A stretch of 64,000 nucleotides of DNA from a virus. Its lineage: Duplodnaviria; Heunggongvirae; Uroviricota; Caudoviricetes. The stretch spans positions 64,001-128,000 of IMG/VR virus record IMGVR_UViG_3300044655_003531. One strand, 5' to 3'. Each line of letters opens with the position of its first letter. Within the stretch, counting starts at the first letter, position 1. Both the position numbers and the translations under genes were made by a program. The notes below the pieces were generated by a model. The model was not told the origin of the DNA. It saw only the letters and a program-made list of their open reading frames with translations, and made no database searches. Below, in pieces: positions 1-10,196 of this stretch.

Positions 1-2
1 GA

Positions 3-461
3 GTAAAGATCAAAACATTTTTTGATGTAGTTTTTCAGCCTTAAATCGTTAATGGCAAGAATAAGTTCTTTGGGATCACCCTGCCAATCACAGGAAGCAA
101 CGACTTCCTCAAAGGTAACATAGTTGGAATCAGTATCAGAGTAAATGACAAGGGGTTTGGCCACTCTTTTAACCTCAGTTAGACCTAATTTTTCGTGCAG
201 TTCTACGTCCTCGTGCCAAAAATCGTGGAAGTACCGGTTGACTATCTTCTCCGAATATTTAATCATATCCTGACCCTGAAGGGTAACGGCTTCTGCTACC
301 TCGTGGTTGAAACACACAAAATAACTGTTCCCAATCGAACCATAGATAGAATTCATGGTCAATTTGATCGCCTGTTCTTCATTCTTATATTCGTTTTTCA
401 GAGCGGTCAGTTCTTCTTTTTTCTGAAGCAGTTCTGATTGGGACAAATTTTCGTACGACAT
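3..461 (-). CDS. polB: Family B DNA polymerase, C-terminal subunit (partial, runs off the left edge; missing from the ORF track)
   Basis: Manual translation from ATG at 461: MSYENLSQSELLQKKEELTALKNEYKNEEQAIKLTMNSIYGSIGN...VIYSDTDSNYV. Contains PolB motif B (K-x3-NSIYG) and motif C (YSDTDS); no stop before the edge. Confidence 0.93.
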   Translation of the reverse strand, partial: MSYENLSQSELLQKKEELTALKNEYKNEEQAIKLTMNSIYGSIGNSYFVCFNHEVAEAVTLQGQDMIKYSEKIVNRYFHDFWHEDVELHEKLGLTEVKRVAKPLVIYSDTDSNYVTFEEVVASCDWQGDPKELILAINDLRLKNYIKKCFDLY

Positions 462-476
462 TTTTTGATTGTGTTT

Positions 477-504
477 ATTTTATGCTAGAAGGCTGGTTTG
501 TTTC
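477..504 (-). promoter_or_regulatory. Putative early/middle promoter GAAAC-N17-TAAAAT
   Basis: Minus strand GAAACAAACCAGCCTTCTAGCATAAAAT upstream of the PolB C-subunit; the same architecture recurs at 6 or more other loci. Confidence 0.5.
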
Positions 505-512
505 CATTCCTA

Positions 513-520
513 GATATATA
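513..520 (+). promoter_or_regulatory. Putative late promoter GATATATA
   Basis: Motif 4 nt upstream of ATG at 525; recurs before about 16 late-type genes. Confidence 0.65.
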
Positions 521-524
521 ATTG

Positions 525-1340
525 ATGCAAAAGGAGAACCCCATTCAAAGTTTTAAAATTTTCGAGGCAAAAAAAGGAGATCGGGCAGCTGGCACAAGAT
601 TGTCCAGAAAGCAAACAGAAATCTTAAATAAACACGTTGTTGGCACCTGGGAAATGAACAGGAAAACTGACAGGGTGGACATCACAGGCAATTTTTATCT
701 TTCTGAACCTTTTAATCAGACCCGGGAAATTGATATTTTCAAGGGGATCGGATTTGGCAAGGTGACCGGGGTTTTTTATTGCACTAGAAATTTTTTTCAA
801 GATCTAGAGGGATTTCCACAAGAAGTTCAAGGAAGTTTCAACTGTAGCGATAACTCTTTGACCTCCTTGCAGGGAGGACCTACTAAAATAGGGAAGAATT
901 TCTCTTGCAACAACAACAATCTTAAAGATCTAGTTGGGGGTCCTGTTGAAGTTGGTGGGCAGTACTTGGCCTTTGGTAATCCCTTAACCAGTTTGGTAGG
1001 AGCTCCAGTTAAATTGAAGAAAGGTTTTTACTCCGATTTGGTCGATTTTAATGAAGGTAAATGGAATTATCTAGGTTGGATACAAGCCTTAGAAGAAGCT
1101 AAATCCAAAAATTTTACCCGTATTGAAGCTCTGATTTCAACCCTTCCTTTTTTAGATGTAAATTTCTTGAAGAATTATATTGTCGATAATCCAGATCGCA
1201 TGGTGGATCTAGCTATGTTTTGGGAATATCCAGAAGTTGCCAATTTCAGACGGGAGCTAGAAAAAGTTCTAGATCTCAATACGAAGAAAAAAGTGAAAAT
1301 TCTGAGCAATATGAGGGGATATTTCTCTACTTTTCGATAA
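525..1340 (+). CDS. LRR-like protein with capsid-targeting-like N-terminus; diverged relative of the 10197-13094 trio
   Basis: N-term NPIQSFKIFEA; repeats such as FNCSDNSLTSLQGGPTKIGKNFSCNNNNLKDLVGGP; same overall layout as the trio (GTW..VD cap, repeats, helical tail). Confidence 0.75.
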   Translation: MQKENPIQSFKIFEAKKGDRAAGTRLSRKQTEILNKHVVGTWEMNRKTDRVDITGNFYLSEPFNQTREIDIFKGIGFGKVTGVFYCTRNFFQDLEGFPQEVQGSFNCSDNSLTSLQGGPTKIGKNFSCNNNNLKDLVGGPVEVGGQYLAFGNPLTSLVGAPVKLKKGFYSDLVDFNEGKWNYLGWIQALEEAKSKNFTRIEALISTLPFLDVNFLKNYIVDNPDRMVDLAMFWEYPEVANFRRELEKVLDLNTKKKVKILSNMRGYFSTFR

Positions 1341-2088
1341 TGCCGATAGCGGTGGAAGTAGGGGTTTGATCAGAGGCAAAGACTATTCTGTTCTCATGGA
1401 AGAAGCAAATGCATGATTCAGGATCTACATAGTTCAAATGTGATTTGTAAATCGAAGCATCTAAGGGCTTGGCACAATCTATGTCAGAGCTTCCAATAGT
1501 CAATTTATAGTCAAAAGATTCTCCGATAACTCTGACGTAGTCCGAGTGAAGTGAGAAGTTTAGCAGCTCTTCGGAGTTGGACTCCATTCCACAGAGGGAA
1601 GAAACAGAAGAGAAATCAGAAACAAAAAATTTGAAACTGGCCAAGGCATCTTCTTGACTTTGAACCAGATCAGAAATGGAATCCTCCACATAAGAAAGCA
1701 AAGATAGATCAGCACATTTGATCCTTATTTTCAGAGAGGGGGAGATCAATTTTAATTCCGTTGCGACACACTCATCATCAATAGTGGCAATTTCCAGGTG
1801 TAAAAAAACTTCCTCCTCCGACCTAAAATAGCGGAAGCTATCCATCAGTCTGGTAATATCCAGCAGACCTATTTTAATTCTGTCACACTTAAGGGCTGAA
1901 AATTCAGTTAAGGAATCAAAAATAAGATTAGTGGGAATTCTGGAGAATTTCATGACAGATTTATCGGGGGTGTGAACTTTACAAAAAAGATCCGTTTCTG
2001 TTAATTCTAGCAAGACGCTTCGGTCGACGACTTTTAGCTTCTTGAGAAAAAGGATGAAATTACTCGTGCTGGTTACTCTAATTTTCAT
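1327..2088 (-). CDS. Probable DNA polymerase sliding clamp (gp45/PCNA-like)
   Basis: About 253 aa from MKIRVTS (ATG 2088); alternating beta/alpha pattern, clamp-like size, next to the polymerase subunit. No diagnostic motif. Confidence 0.5.
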   Translation of the reverse strand: MKIRVTSTSNFILFLKKLKVVDRSVLLELTETDLFCKVHTPDKSVMKFSRIPTNLIFDSLTEFSALKCDRIKIGLLDITRLMDSFRYFRSEEEVFLHLEIATIDDECVATELKLISPSLKIRIKCADLSLLSYVEDSISDLVQSQEDALASFKFFVSDFSSVSSLCGMESNSEELLNFSLHSDYVRVIGESFDYKLTIGSSDIDCAKPLDASIYKSHLNYVDPESCICFFHENRIVFASDQTPTSTAIGIIEK

Positions 2089-2114
2089 GGATTTAGATTT
2101 TTTTATTATAGGGT

Positions 2115-2783
2115 TTAGATGGAGGATTCTTTCGATGCATCGCAAAGAGAATCTGATTTTTTTTCTGAGAAATTTGTGAAGTAATGGTAGTCTGTTTCAT
2201 ATTTACCATTCCCTTCGATAGAATAGACCCTCATGTCGATCTTGTAGCCGGGATTTTTATCAATCCGGTTAAAAGTCCAGGCATTATCCATCCAGATGAT
2301 TCTGTTGTTGGGGTAGATAAAGAAATTACCATTGTCCATTTTAAAAACGTGTCCGCACTTGTGTTCGGGGGTTTCTGAGAAATTGGTGTCTAGAACACTT
2401 CTGTTTTCGTGGGACCAGTCCAAGGTAAATAGATAGACACCCTGCCTTTTGAGCCCCGTGATCGAAATCAGATCGGCCCTGAGACCCGACAGCCTTTCTC
2501 TTACCTGGACGTCAATGTAAGAACTGAAACAGTCCCAGTACATGTGTTCACTGAGGGGAAGAACTTCGGCCTGACGGTGCCAACAAAAGGCATGAATGGG
2601 CCGGCGGGTCCAGTTAACCCCATTTTCTAGAAATGCCTCGAAGAGAGGAACTCTTTTCTGAATAGATGCCACCGAATGAACATCGGCTAGGGTTAGATCC
2701 CCGTGTCCTTTTTCGTGATTGAATAAGAATTCATTTCTGATAAAACAGGTGAGGGTTGGAATGTTGTGATTTAGGTAAGACAT
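2115..2783 (-). CDS. Conserved hypothetical phage protein
   Basis: 222-aa ORF (MSYLNHNIP...PNNRIIW) resembling a common aquatic-phage family of unknown function. Confidence 0.6.
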   Translation of the reverse strand: MSYLNHNIPTLTCFIRNEFLFNHEKGHGDLTLADVHSVASIQKRVPLFEAFLENGVNWTRRPIHAFCWHRQAEVLPLSEHMYWDCFSSYIDVQVRERLSGLRADLISITGLKRQGVYLFTLDWSHENRSVLDTNFSETPEHKCGHVFKMDNGNFFIYPNNRIIWMDNAWTFNRIDKNPGYKIDMRVYSIEGNGKYETDYHYFTNFSEKKSDSLCDASKESSI

Positions 2784-2790
2784 AGGTGTT

Positions 2791-4155
2791 TTATTCTTGT
2801 TCCTCGTCGCTAGGGGTAAAAATTTCTATCTCTGCATCTGATAATTTAAAAGCAGTCTGGGTTGGACCTGCCAGTAACACCGCCGCTCCTTTTTTCTGGG
2901 TCGCTTTAATCTGGGCAACTGCTTTTTGTTGCTGTTGGATTGCCTTTTTGGTGGATTGAAGGCGAGACTTGATCTCTTTGATTTCTTGCTCTGTCTCTTG
3001 GATGTGATTCGAGGAGAGTTTAATCAATTGGATAGAGGAAAGTCTTCCTGCAATTTCTTTAGAAAACTGGGTTAGAAACTGGGAAATCTCATCGTTCTTT
3101 CTTCTAGTTTGACTCATGTAGATTAGGAATTTGAGTTTGGCCTCTAAATAGGCCAACTCATGGGTTAGATCCTTTTCATCTTTCATGAATCTTTTAAGTT
3201 TTAGGTCCTCCAGATGCACCGCAAATTCCCCCAGGTATTCTTTAATTGAAGAATATTGGCGTACTGCTCCGTCTTTGATAAAAACAACATCTTCTTTAAC
3301 AATAATCTGGGTCATCTTTTTAACTGCGTCCGTCATGACAGAAAATTCTGGTGCCGAAAGTTTCGAGAAGGTGAGAGTCAGATCACATTTACTTTGCGAA
3401 TTGTTACCCAACCTGTATTCCTTGCCCATTTTTTCCAGTTTAGTCAATAATTTATCCATGAAAGAATCATATCTCATAACTGGAGGAAGATCAAAGATTC
3501 GGATCGATTTTTTTTCGGGTTGAACCTCAAATCCGCTTTCGAGCAGCCACACGTTATCCTGATCTTCGTATTTGAAAATTTTGCCTCCAAAATCTTTGAA
3601 ATGTGGTTTAAGAATCTTGTTCTTGCCTTCTAAAAATTCTTGAATGTCTTCTAGTTTTCTCGGTAGAATGTTGCTTCTGTATCCGACGGCAATCCCCACA
3701 ATGTGGGTTAAAAGTCCAATAGGGGTTTCAATGTGCAACCAATCAAAACCCCCTTCCTCGTTCTTTTCATTCAGATCGTAGTGTTTAAAGATGATTTCTT
3801 TGATGCCCCGATTGACCCTGACTGAGGTGTACCTAGGAGCAGAGGGATTGGGATTGACAGGAGAACCAAAAAAACCATCCCCTTCCAACAGGGACCCTGA
3901 GCACCCAAAGGGTCTGGCTAATTTAGAGATCGCTCCGGCGATTGAAGAATCTCCGTGGTGATATCTGCCAGTTCGAATAACCTCCCCTACCAAGCCGATG
4001 GTTTTTTGAAAAATAGCTGGGCTGTTTTCTAGTACGATCCTCTGGACCGGGGTCAATGAATCATAAAAATTAGGTATACCTCTGGATTGCAGGACGTACA
4101 GGGCATATTCACGATACTGGGTTTCGATCTGCTCTGTGATACTAAGTACTTTCAA
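2791..4155 (-). CDS. Type II DNA topoisomerase, GyrA/ParC-like subunit (gp52-like)
   Basis: DSLTPVQR, YHHGDSSI, GFFGSP, catalytic SAPRYT. Confidence 0.92.
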   Translation of the reverse strand: MKVLSITEQIETQYREYALYVLQSRGIPNFYDSLTPVQRIVLENSPAIFQKTIGLVGEVIRTGRYHHGDSSIAGAISKLARPFGCSGSLLEGDGFFGSPVNPNPSAPRYTSVRVNRGIKEIIFKHYDLNEKNEEGGFDWLHIETPIGLLTHIVGIAVGYRSNILPRKLEDIQEFLEGKNKILKPHFKDFGGKIFKYEDQDNVWLLESGFEVQPEKKSIRIFDLPPVMRYDSFMDKLLTKLEKMGKEYRLGNNSQSKCDLTLTFSKLSAPEFSVMTDAVKKMTQIIVKEDVVFIKDGAVRQYSSIKEYLGEFAVHLEDLKLKRFMKDEKDLTHELAYLEAKLKFLIYMSQTRRKNDEISQFLTQFSKEIAGRLSSIQLIKLSSNHIQETEQEIKEIKSRLQSTKKAIQQQQKAVAQIKATQKKGAAVLLAGPTQTAFKLSDAEIEIFTPSDEEQE

Positions 4156-4171
4156 GATTTTAATTTTTCAG

Positions 4172-4201
4172 ATTGTAGCAGCCCTGCAGATAAGAAGTTT
4201 C
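4172..4201 (-). promoter_or_regulatory. Putative early/middle promoter GAAAC-N19-TACAAT
   Basis: Minus strand GAAACTTCTTATCTGCAGGGCTGCTACAAT upstream of the topoisomerase A subunit. Confidence 0.45.
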
Positions 4202-4212
4202 CCCTTGAGCCG

Positions 4213-5283
4213 TTAATTAATTGAATCTAGATCTAAAAGAACCAATTCGATCTGATCTTGGCCGGCATCTTTCAATTTCTTGATGATCTCTTTCATGTCT
4301 TTTTTGTACTGGGTGGCAAGACAGCCACTGCTAATGTTATCGACGGTATCTATATCAGCTCCTTGATGAATGTTGATTCCAAATTCACCTTTTTCTTCAT
4401 TGCCCGGTGAAAAAGTTTTAAATGTTGCCTGACTTTCAGAATCGACTGGCGTGTATCTATGAACCGTGACTGGTTCTGCCTGGATTAATGCATCCTCTTT
4501 CCCTTTGTGCTTACCCAATTTATAGGTATAAACACCCGGTTGAATGATGGCTAGCCCCTTGGGGTTAATGCCGGAAGCATTGCCCCTACTAGCCATTAAA
4601 TTCCGATAACTTTTTACCATAAAGGCTGGCCCAGGTGTGGTGGTGGCTGGATAAAATTGGACTGTTTTATTGGAGTCGGGACCTAGTAAGAAAAGTGCAT
4701 CGGTGAAACGATTGGGCATTTTTTTCTTCACCACCAGGTTGTTTCTCAGAGCAACAAGAGTGTATTTATCGGACGGGTACTTGATTCCTTCTTTTTTCAA
4801 TAGTTGGCTGAGATCACTCCAATCCATTTCTTTGGCCTCACTAAATTCGTAAGATCCTCCGTCTGGTAACTTACCGAAATCTATATCTCCACTTTTTCCC
4901 ATTCCCATTCTATCGAGCATATCTTGCAATTCTTTTTCCTTTGAGATATTGCCGGAAGGTGCATTTCTTGATCCAGTTCCTTCATCAGATAAATATTTGC
5001 TGTCTAGGAGACCTTTCTCGGACATCTGCTTTCGATAATCTTCATCCGTTTTTTCTAAAAATCTCTTGCCCATACTGGTAGACCAAAACATATTCTGTAA
5101 ATCTTTACCTGACTTGATAATTGGTTCTTTTAGACCACCGCTTTCTCCCCCTGTTTTGGGAATCAGTGGGGCAACTTCCCCAATGGCATCTTTTAAAATA
5201 TCCTGAATTTTTTCATTCTCTGTTATTCTGTCCGTTGACAGACCGAGAAAATCTTGAAAATTCAGAACTTTAGATGATTTCAT
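4213..5283 (-). CDS. Capsid-tagged protein with C-terminal L,D-transpeptidase/peptidase-like domain
   Basis: N-term VLNFQDF; C-terminal GINIHQG...NISSGCL (His...S-x-G-C as in the YkuD-like catalytic motif); GATATATA at 5300-5307. Confidence 0.5.
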   Translation of the reverse strand: MKSSKVLNFQDFLGLSTDRITENEKIQDILKDAIGEVAPLIPKTGGESGGLKEPIIKSGKDLQNMFWSTSMGKRFLEKTDEDYRKQMSEKGLLDSKYLSDEGTGSRNAPSGNISKEKELQDMLDRMGMGKSGDIDFGKLPDGGSYEFSEAKEMDWSDLSQLLKKEGIKYPSDKYTLVALRNNLVVKKKMPNRFTDALFLLGPDSNKTVQFYPATTTPGPAFMVKSYRNLMASRGNASGINPKGLAIIQPGVYTYKLGKHKGKEDALIQAEPVTVHRYTPVDSESQATFKTFSPGNEEKGEFGINIHQGADIDTVDNISSGCLATQYKKDMKEIIKKLKDAGQDQIELVLLDLDSIN

Positions 5284-5309
5284 GAGGGATTTTTTTCTTT
5301 ATATATCCC

Positions 5310-5672
5310 TTATAGTTCTTTTTTCATTCCCATTTTGGCAAAAGTTATCAGGAGGGTGTTGAAGATGACACTCACTCCGCTGATCCAAACGCCCGAGGTG
5401 AAAATAAGGAGCAAAAATTCTATAAAATGCCTGATTTTGCCTGCCGTTTCCCCTTGAAATTGAAAAAAATCGGACCAAGGGTTCTCAATGATTCCGGCAA
5501 AATTAAAAAGACCCAGAAGTACACCTACCCAAAACCCAGAGCATTGCATACAGGTGAGGAGTTTACCCAACTTAGGGTGCATCACGAGAAGGTAATTTCT
5601 GATATCATCAAAAATAGACCCATTGACTAAAAGATTGGTGATTCCCCAGCCTATAAAAGAATAAATAAACAT
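5310..5672 (-). CDS. Small membrane protein, DUF1360-like
   Basis: Hydrophobic segments plus LLTCMQCSGFWVG (CxxC); ATG 5672 lies 1 nt after the dnaJ stop. Confidence 0.5.
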   Translation of the reverse strand: MFIYSFIGWGITNLLVNGSIFDDIRNYLLVMHPKLGKLLTCMQCSGFWVGVLLGLFNFAGIIENPWSDFFQFQGETAGKIRHFIEFLLLIFTSGVWISGVSVIFNTLLITFAKMGMKKEL

Positions 5673-5673
5673 C

Positions 5674-6717
5674 TTAAAATATTTTTTGATATGTAGCCAG
5701 AAATTCCCGCTGAGTTTCATCCAGCTCCTTGGGAATTAGCAGTTTAATTCTCACCAGAAGATCTCCTCTAAAATCAGTGTTAAATTCAGGAACACCTTTC
5801 CCCGCCAGTCTCAATATTTTACCAGGATCCGTGCCCGGGGGAATAGAAATTTTATATTCACGATCAGGATTTTCCAGACTCGGGATTTTGACTTCAGTCC
5901 CAAGGCAAGCCTGAACAAAGTTGATCTCGCAGTCGCAGATTAAATTAATGCCATCTCTTTTGTAAAATGGATGGTCCATATCTTCTACAACGACGATCAG
6001 ATCCCCAGGATCGCAAGGTACTTTATCAAAATCACCTTTGCCATCCAGTTTAAAAGAAATCCCAGAGACGGATCCAGCGGGAATTTTTATTTCAACCTGA
6101 TCTGTTTTTCTGATGGTGCCAGATCCTGTACAATAGATACAAAGCTCTTCCGCTATCTCACCGATCCCCGAACAGGTATAGCAGGTTTCATCGATCGACA
6201 TTTGACCAAATCCAGTATTGACGACCTTTTTAATGAAACCCAAACTCATGCAAGCAGGGCAGATTCTAATTTTACCGTCTTTAGCTCCAGTTCCTTGACA
6301 GGGATTGCAGGGCAATCTTCTAAAGATGTTAACGATCTTCTTAGAACCCTTGATGCTCTCCTCTAGAGTCACCTGGAGTTTTGCGGTGATATTTTTGCCC
6401 CTTCTTATACCTCCATTATAGGTAGTATTATTATTAAAATTGTTAAAAAGATCTCCAAATCCCCATTGGAATGGTCCTCTTCCTCCCTGGAAAGGATGAT
6501 TTCCAAATGGGGACGCAGGCCGATCATATTGAGACTTTTTTTGGGGATTGCTTAGAACCTCATAGGCTTCAGAAACTTCTTTGAATTTTTCGGCGGCAGC
6601 AGGATCCTGATTGTTTTTATCTGGATGGTATTGAAGAGCTAGCTTTCGGTAATTCTTTTTGATTTCCTCCGGAGTAGATTCTTTGGTCACCCCAAGAATT
6701 TGATAATAATTCTTCAT
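5674..6717 (-). CDS. dnaJ: Class A J-domain co-chaperone DnaJ
   Basis: J domain with HPD, G/F-rich linker, four CxxC zinc-finger repeats ([32 protein letters not shown]), C-terminal GDL motifs. Confidence 0.95.
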   Translation of the reverse strand: MKNYYQILGVTKESTPEEIKKNYRKLALQYHPDKNNQDPAAAEKFKEVSEAYEVLSNPQKKSQYDRPASPFGNHPFQGGRGPFQWGFGDLFNNFNNNTTYNGGIRRGKNITAKLQVTLEESIKGSKKIVNIFRRLPCNPCQGTGAKDGKIRICPACMSLGFIKKVVNTGFGQMSIDETCYTCSGIGEIAEELCIYCTGSGTIRKTDQVEIKIPAGSVSGISFKLDGKGDFDKVPCDPGDLIVVVEDMDHPFYKRDGINLICDCEINFVQACLGTEVKIPSLENPDREYKISIPPGTDPGKILRLAGKGVPEFNTDFRGDLLVRIKLLIPKELDETQREFLATYQKIF

Positions 6718-6722
6718 ACAGT

Positions 6723-7067
6723 TTAAAGACCCTGTAAAAAATCCCTTAATTTTTTGGCCTGTGTTTTATCTATGAGAGGCATCCCCTTCCATTTCTGAAT
6801 GACCTGCGTTTTTAATTTTTGAATCTCGGCGCAAATTTCATATTTTTCTTCCTCCTCCCAATATTTCAGAGTTCTGCTGACAAAGTCTTCGATTTTATTC
6901 TCGGACTCGAAAATTGATAAGAATTCATTGTGTTGCTCTCTCAGAGCCTGAAGAAAAATATCGTGGACTGCCCGATCGATATTTTTCTTCAGCACGGCGT
7001 GTTGTGGATGATCTTCAAAGGAAGATCCCCAACCGGACAAATCGAAGTTTCTAGTAAAACTGCTCAC
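6723..7067 (-). CDS. Hypothetical protein
   Basis: 114-aa ORF in operon, stop/start overlap with the upstream gene. Confidence 0.7.
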   Translation of the reverse strand: MSSFTRNFDLSGWGSSFEDHPQHAVLKKNIDRAVHDIFLQALREQHNEFLSIFESENKIEDFVSRTLKYWEEEEKYEICAEIQKLKTQVIQKWKGMPLIDKTQAKKLRDFLQGL

Positions 7068-7324
7068 TGGGCCAGGGTATTTTGAAGGGTTTTGTTAACT
7101 TGAAAAAAGAGGTGATCTACTCCTAGATCTCGGGCTTCGAATCCAGTTGCAGCCAAAACTTCGGCCAGCTTCTCTTCCCCGAAATTCTCAGCTAGGACCT
7201 GTCTTCTGACTTCGGCCTGAATTTCTAAATCTGGAGTGTACTTGACACGGGGAACTTCAAGTTGGAGAATTTCTTGCTCAAATTCCTGGAATTTTTGGAG
7301 GTCTATTGGTTCTATTTTTTTCAT
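7064..7324 (-). CDS. Hypothetical protein
   Basis: 86-aa ORF preceded by GAAATTTT-N-TATAAAAT (7331-7361). Confidence 0.65.
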   Translation of the reverse strand: MKKIEPIDLQKFQEFEQEILQLEVPRVKYTPDLEIQAEVRRQVLAENFGEEKLAEVLAATGFEARDLGVDHLFFQVNKTLQNTLAQ

Positions 7325-7359
7325 AAGTGCATTTTATATGACAGGTTGACTAAAAAATT

Positions 7360-8286
7360 TCATGGGAGAATGAAAGGAAAATCTCTGAGGTAGGCTAAGA
7401 GAGCAAGTTCTTTCATTTTGACCTCGAATTCTATATCTATCTCTAATCCGTAATGAGCCACACTTTCATAGATCCAATCTGAGTGGGCAACCTCTCTTGC
7501 CTGGGCATCTTCGTACTTCTTTTTGGAAGAAGAGAAGTGAACTACGGGCACTGTTCCAGCCGGCCAGGTAGAGAAGCAGAGCTTAAGGGCTTCTTCTTCG
7601 GAGAGAGCAGAGGGGTGACATTGATTATGAAGAAAGTCGAAGGTAATGGGAATCCCTACTCTCTGATGAACCAGCCTAAAAAGATCCTCGGCGTGAAAGC
7701 CAGACTTCTTGTCATCCACCTCCACTACCAATCTTTTTCTGACATTAGGAGGAGTGAGCTCTACCTGTCGGCAGAATCTCTCTGCTGCTTCTTCTTTCGT
7801 AGGCTGGGAAGTGTTGACGTGGATGTTAATGGGGTAGAAATATGACTGATCTAAACCCATCAAATCCATAATTTCTGCGTGTTGCCTAAGATCTTTTTGG
7901 GCAGCCCGAACCACTGAGTCTTGTTTGGATGCCAGAACTGCGAAGTGGGAAGGGTGGAAAGTTAGTCTTTGATCCCCCATTTTGGCCTCTTCTCCCGCCA
8001 TTTGCAAAAAAGATTTGATCTCGGCAAACCCAGGTAGATCTGAAAACTCGTATTCACTACACCAGGGAAAAATATCAGAGGACATTCGATACATTCTTAC
8101 CCCCTGCTGATTGTTCCATTTAATGATTTGAATTAGATCTCTGCAATTGGCCAAAGCCAGTTCAGACACATAGTCCAGTCCTTTGGCCAGAAATGTTTTT
8201 TTCACCATTGACCTGTTGGTGGTAATCCGGGGTTGGCCCTGAGTTTCACCCAGAGTTAGATTGATGCAGCAGTAGCCGTGTCTCAA
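7360..8286 (-). CDS. uvsE: UV damage endonuclease UvsE/UvdE
   Basis: GYCCIN, MYRMSSDIFPW, RLTFHPSHF, INIHV, RLVVEVDD, FDFLHNQC, VHFSS, HSDWI, EVKMKE. Confidence 0.93.
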   Translation of the reverse strand: MRHGYCCINLTLGETQGQPRITTNRSMVKKTFLAKGLDYVSELALANCRDLIQIIKWNNQQGVRMYRMSSDIFPWCSEYEFSDLPGFAEIKSFLQMAGEEAKMGDQRLTFHPSHFAVLASKQDSVVRAAQKDLRQHAEIMDLMGLDQSYFYPINIHVNTSQPTKEEAAERFCRQVELTPPNVRKRLVVEVDDKKSGFHAEDLFRLVHQRVGIPITFDFLHNQCHPSALSEEEALKLCFSTWPAGTVPVVHFSSSKKKYEDAQAREVAHSDWIYESVAHYGLEIDIEFEVKMKELALLAYLRDFPFILP

Positions 8287-8297
8287 GATAGAAGGTT

Positions 8298-10085
8298 TTA
8301 GATTTTATTTTGCAACCAGTTCTTACGAAGCTCTGAAGAATTACCGAAAGCCATTTCGAGCATTTGTTTAGATTTCTTATCTCCCACAATGGCAACTATT
8401 CTTTTATTTTTCATGACATAATCCCAATCGTCCAAAGATAGAGAACCTAAACCTTTAAGATATCTGATGTTGGACATTTTCTTCTTGGAGCTAGCCTCTT
8501 TATACTCCGCCAGAGAATAGAAATACTCTTTCTGCTTGTCACCAGAGGTAACCAAGGGTGTTTCTAGAATATAAAGCATACGTTTGGCAATAACCCAGGG
8601 AAACCAGTTGTGAAAGAGGGAGATGAGAAGGGAAGTAATGTGGGATCCATCAGGATCCTGATCGGTGGCGATAATGATTTTTTGGTAGGGGCATTGGCCT
8701 GAGTCTAATCCTGGGTCCAGATTCAGGATGTGCATCAATTCCAATATCTCTTTGTTATCTGAGAGGTCGGACAGATTTCTGGCGTTTTTGATCTTGCCTT
8801 TCAGTGCATAAACACCGTCCCGGGCAGGGCTTCTTTTCTGAAGAATACTGCCCATGGCCGATAGACCTTCAACAATAAAAATATTTTCTGCTACTCTAGA
8901 GTTAGGCGGAAAATACTTATGAGAGAATTTGATATTAATTGATTTTTTCTCTTTCCTGATTTTTTTGAGGGCCGTGTCTTTTTTTCTTTCTTCAACCTTA
9001 TCTCTGATTTTTTTGAAAAGAGGTGTGGAAAAAAATTTTTTGATTTGAGGTTCAAACGAATCAGTAATAAGCCTTTCAATCTCTTCCCGCTTTGTCACAT
9101 ATTTGGTTTTGTTCTGGTCCCCGAACTTTACTAAGGCGGGGGGTAGGTTCAGAATTAAGCAAAAATCGTAGAAGTGATGACCCAAAGAATCCTCGAGTTC
9201 TCCGTTGATGAGATCCAGAATAATCTTCTGGTGGATCCCTGTACACATGGCACTGTTTACAAAAGCTAACGACCCCGAATTCTCCGTTTTTTCCCAGATT
9301 AAAATTTCCCCCAGTGAATTCTTATAAGATAACTGGTGGAGAACATCGGTTGTAATATAAATTCTTTCGGGTCCCCAGTGAAACTCAATGTCGATTTTTC
9401 GGGTGTGAGCTTCAGATTCTAAGACTCTTTTCTTCAGAATCAGGATGGAATGAAGAATTTGGCGATCCCATCGGCACCCATCAAAAATTGTTTCTAAAGG
9501 CACAAAAGACACTGAAGTACCTAATTCTTCCGTCTGCCTGGGCAGAACCTCAGGTTTGCTGGATTTAAAATTCTTCCATTCCTGACGGTAGGATTCTTTA
9601 GTGTTAGTGGTGTGAATTGAAAAGAAAGATGACAGAGCATTGACTAAACTAACCCCCATTCCGTTGGTACCAATCAGAGTTTCAGAGGTGCCCTCATTGT
9701 CAAAATTAGAACCAGCTCTGAGCATAGAAACAGCAGTCTGGATGTTGCTCATTTTGCTCTTTTCGTTAATTTGAGATCCATCAACAAAACCTCCTCCGCT
9801 GTCAGTAATAGTCACTGAGTTTCGAATTGGATCCACAAAAACTTTTATCCAGGGCATGGATTTTTTCATGCGTTTGGCTTCATCCACACAGTTGGAAAAG
9901 ACTTCGTCAAAGAGTTTGTACATCCCAACTGAAATTTGTTTAGGGACCAGACAAATTTTATCGCTTTCTACCGAAGGAATCATTTCCTCCGATAACTTAA
10001 CGGAGCCAACGTAGATAGTAGGCCTTTTTAATATGTGCTCGAAGTCGCTAAGGACCTGGATTTTTTTGCTGGGTTGGATAGTCAT
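8298..10085 (-). CDS. Type II DNA topoisomerase, GyrB/ParE-like subunit (gp39+gp60-like, unsplit)
   Basis: EHILKRPTIYVGS, EVFSNCVDE, GSNF, GTNGMG (GHKL domain); VEGLSA, PLKGK-like ALKGK, TDQDPDGSHI (TOPRIM), YLKGLGS. Confidence 0.93.
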   Translation of the reverse strand: MTIQPSKKIQVLSDFEHILKRPTIYVGSVKLSEEMIPSVESDKICLVPKQISVGMYKLFDEVFSNCVDEAKRMKKSMPWIKVFVDPIRNSVTITDSGGGFVDGSQINEKSKMSNIQTAVSMLRAGSNFDNEGTSETLIGTNGMGVSLVNALSSFFSIHTTNTKESYRQEWKNFKSSKPEVLPRQTEELGTSVSFVPLETIFDGCRWDRQILHSILILKKRVLESEAHTRKIDIEFHWGPERIYITTDVLHQLSYKNSLGEILIWEKTENSGSLAFVNSAMCTGIHQKIILDLINGELEDSLGHHFYDFCLILNLPPALVKFGDQNKTKYVTKREEIERLITDSFEPQIKKFFSTPLFKKIRDKVEERKKDTALKKIRKEKKSINIKFSHKYFPPNSRVAENIFIVEGLSAMGSILQKRSPARDGVYALKGKIKNARNLSDLSDNKEILELMHILNLDPGLDSGQCPYQKIIIATDQDPDGSHITSLLISLFHNWFPWVIAKRMLYILETPLVTSGDKQKEYFYSLAEYKEASSKKKMSNIRYLKGLGSLSLDDWDYVMKNKRIVAIVGDKKSKQMLEMAFGNSSELRKNWLQNKI

Positions 10086-10127
10086 GGTGTAGAAGTGTAA
10101 ATGTAAAACATAAATGCAATTGAAAGT

Positions 10128-10155
10128 CTTCTATGACAGAATTTTTTAAGGTTTC
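10128..10155 (-). promoter_or_regulatory. Putative early/middle promoter GAAAC-N17-TAGAAG
   Basis: Same spacing as the other GAAAY sites; weaker -10 match. Confidence 0.35.
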
Positions 10156-10196
10156 GAGGTGGTGCTATTCAGGGAGGTATAACAGATATATAAGGC

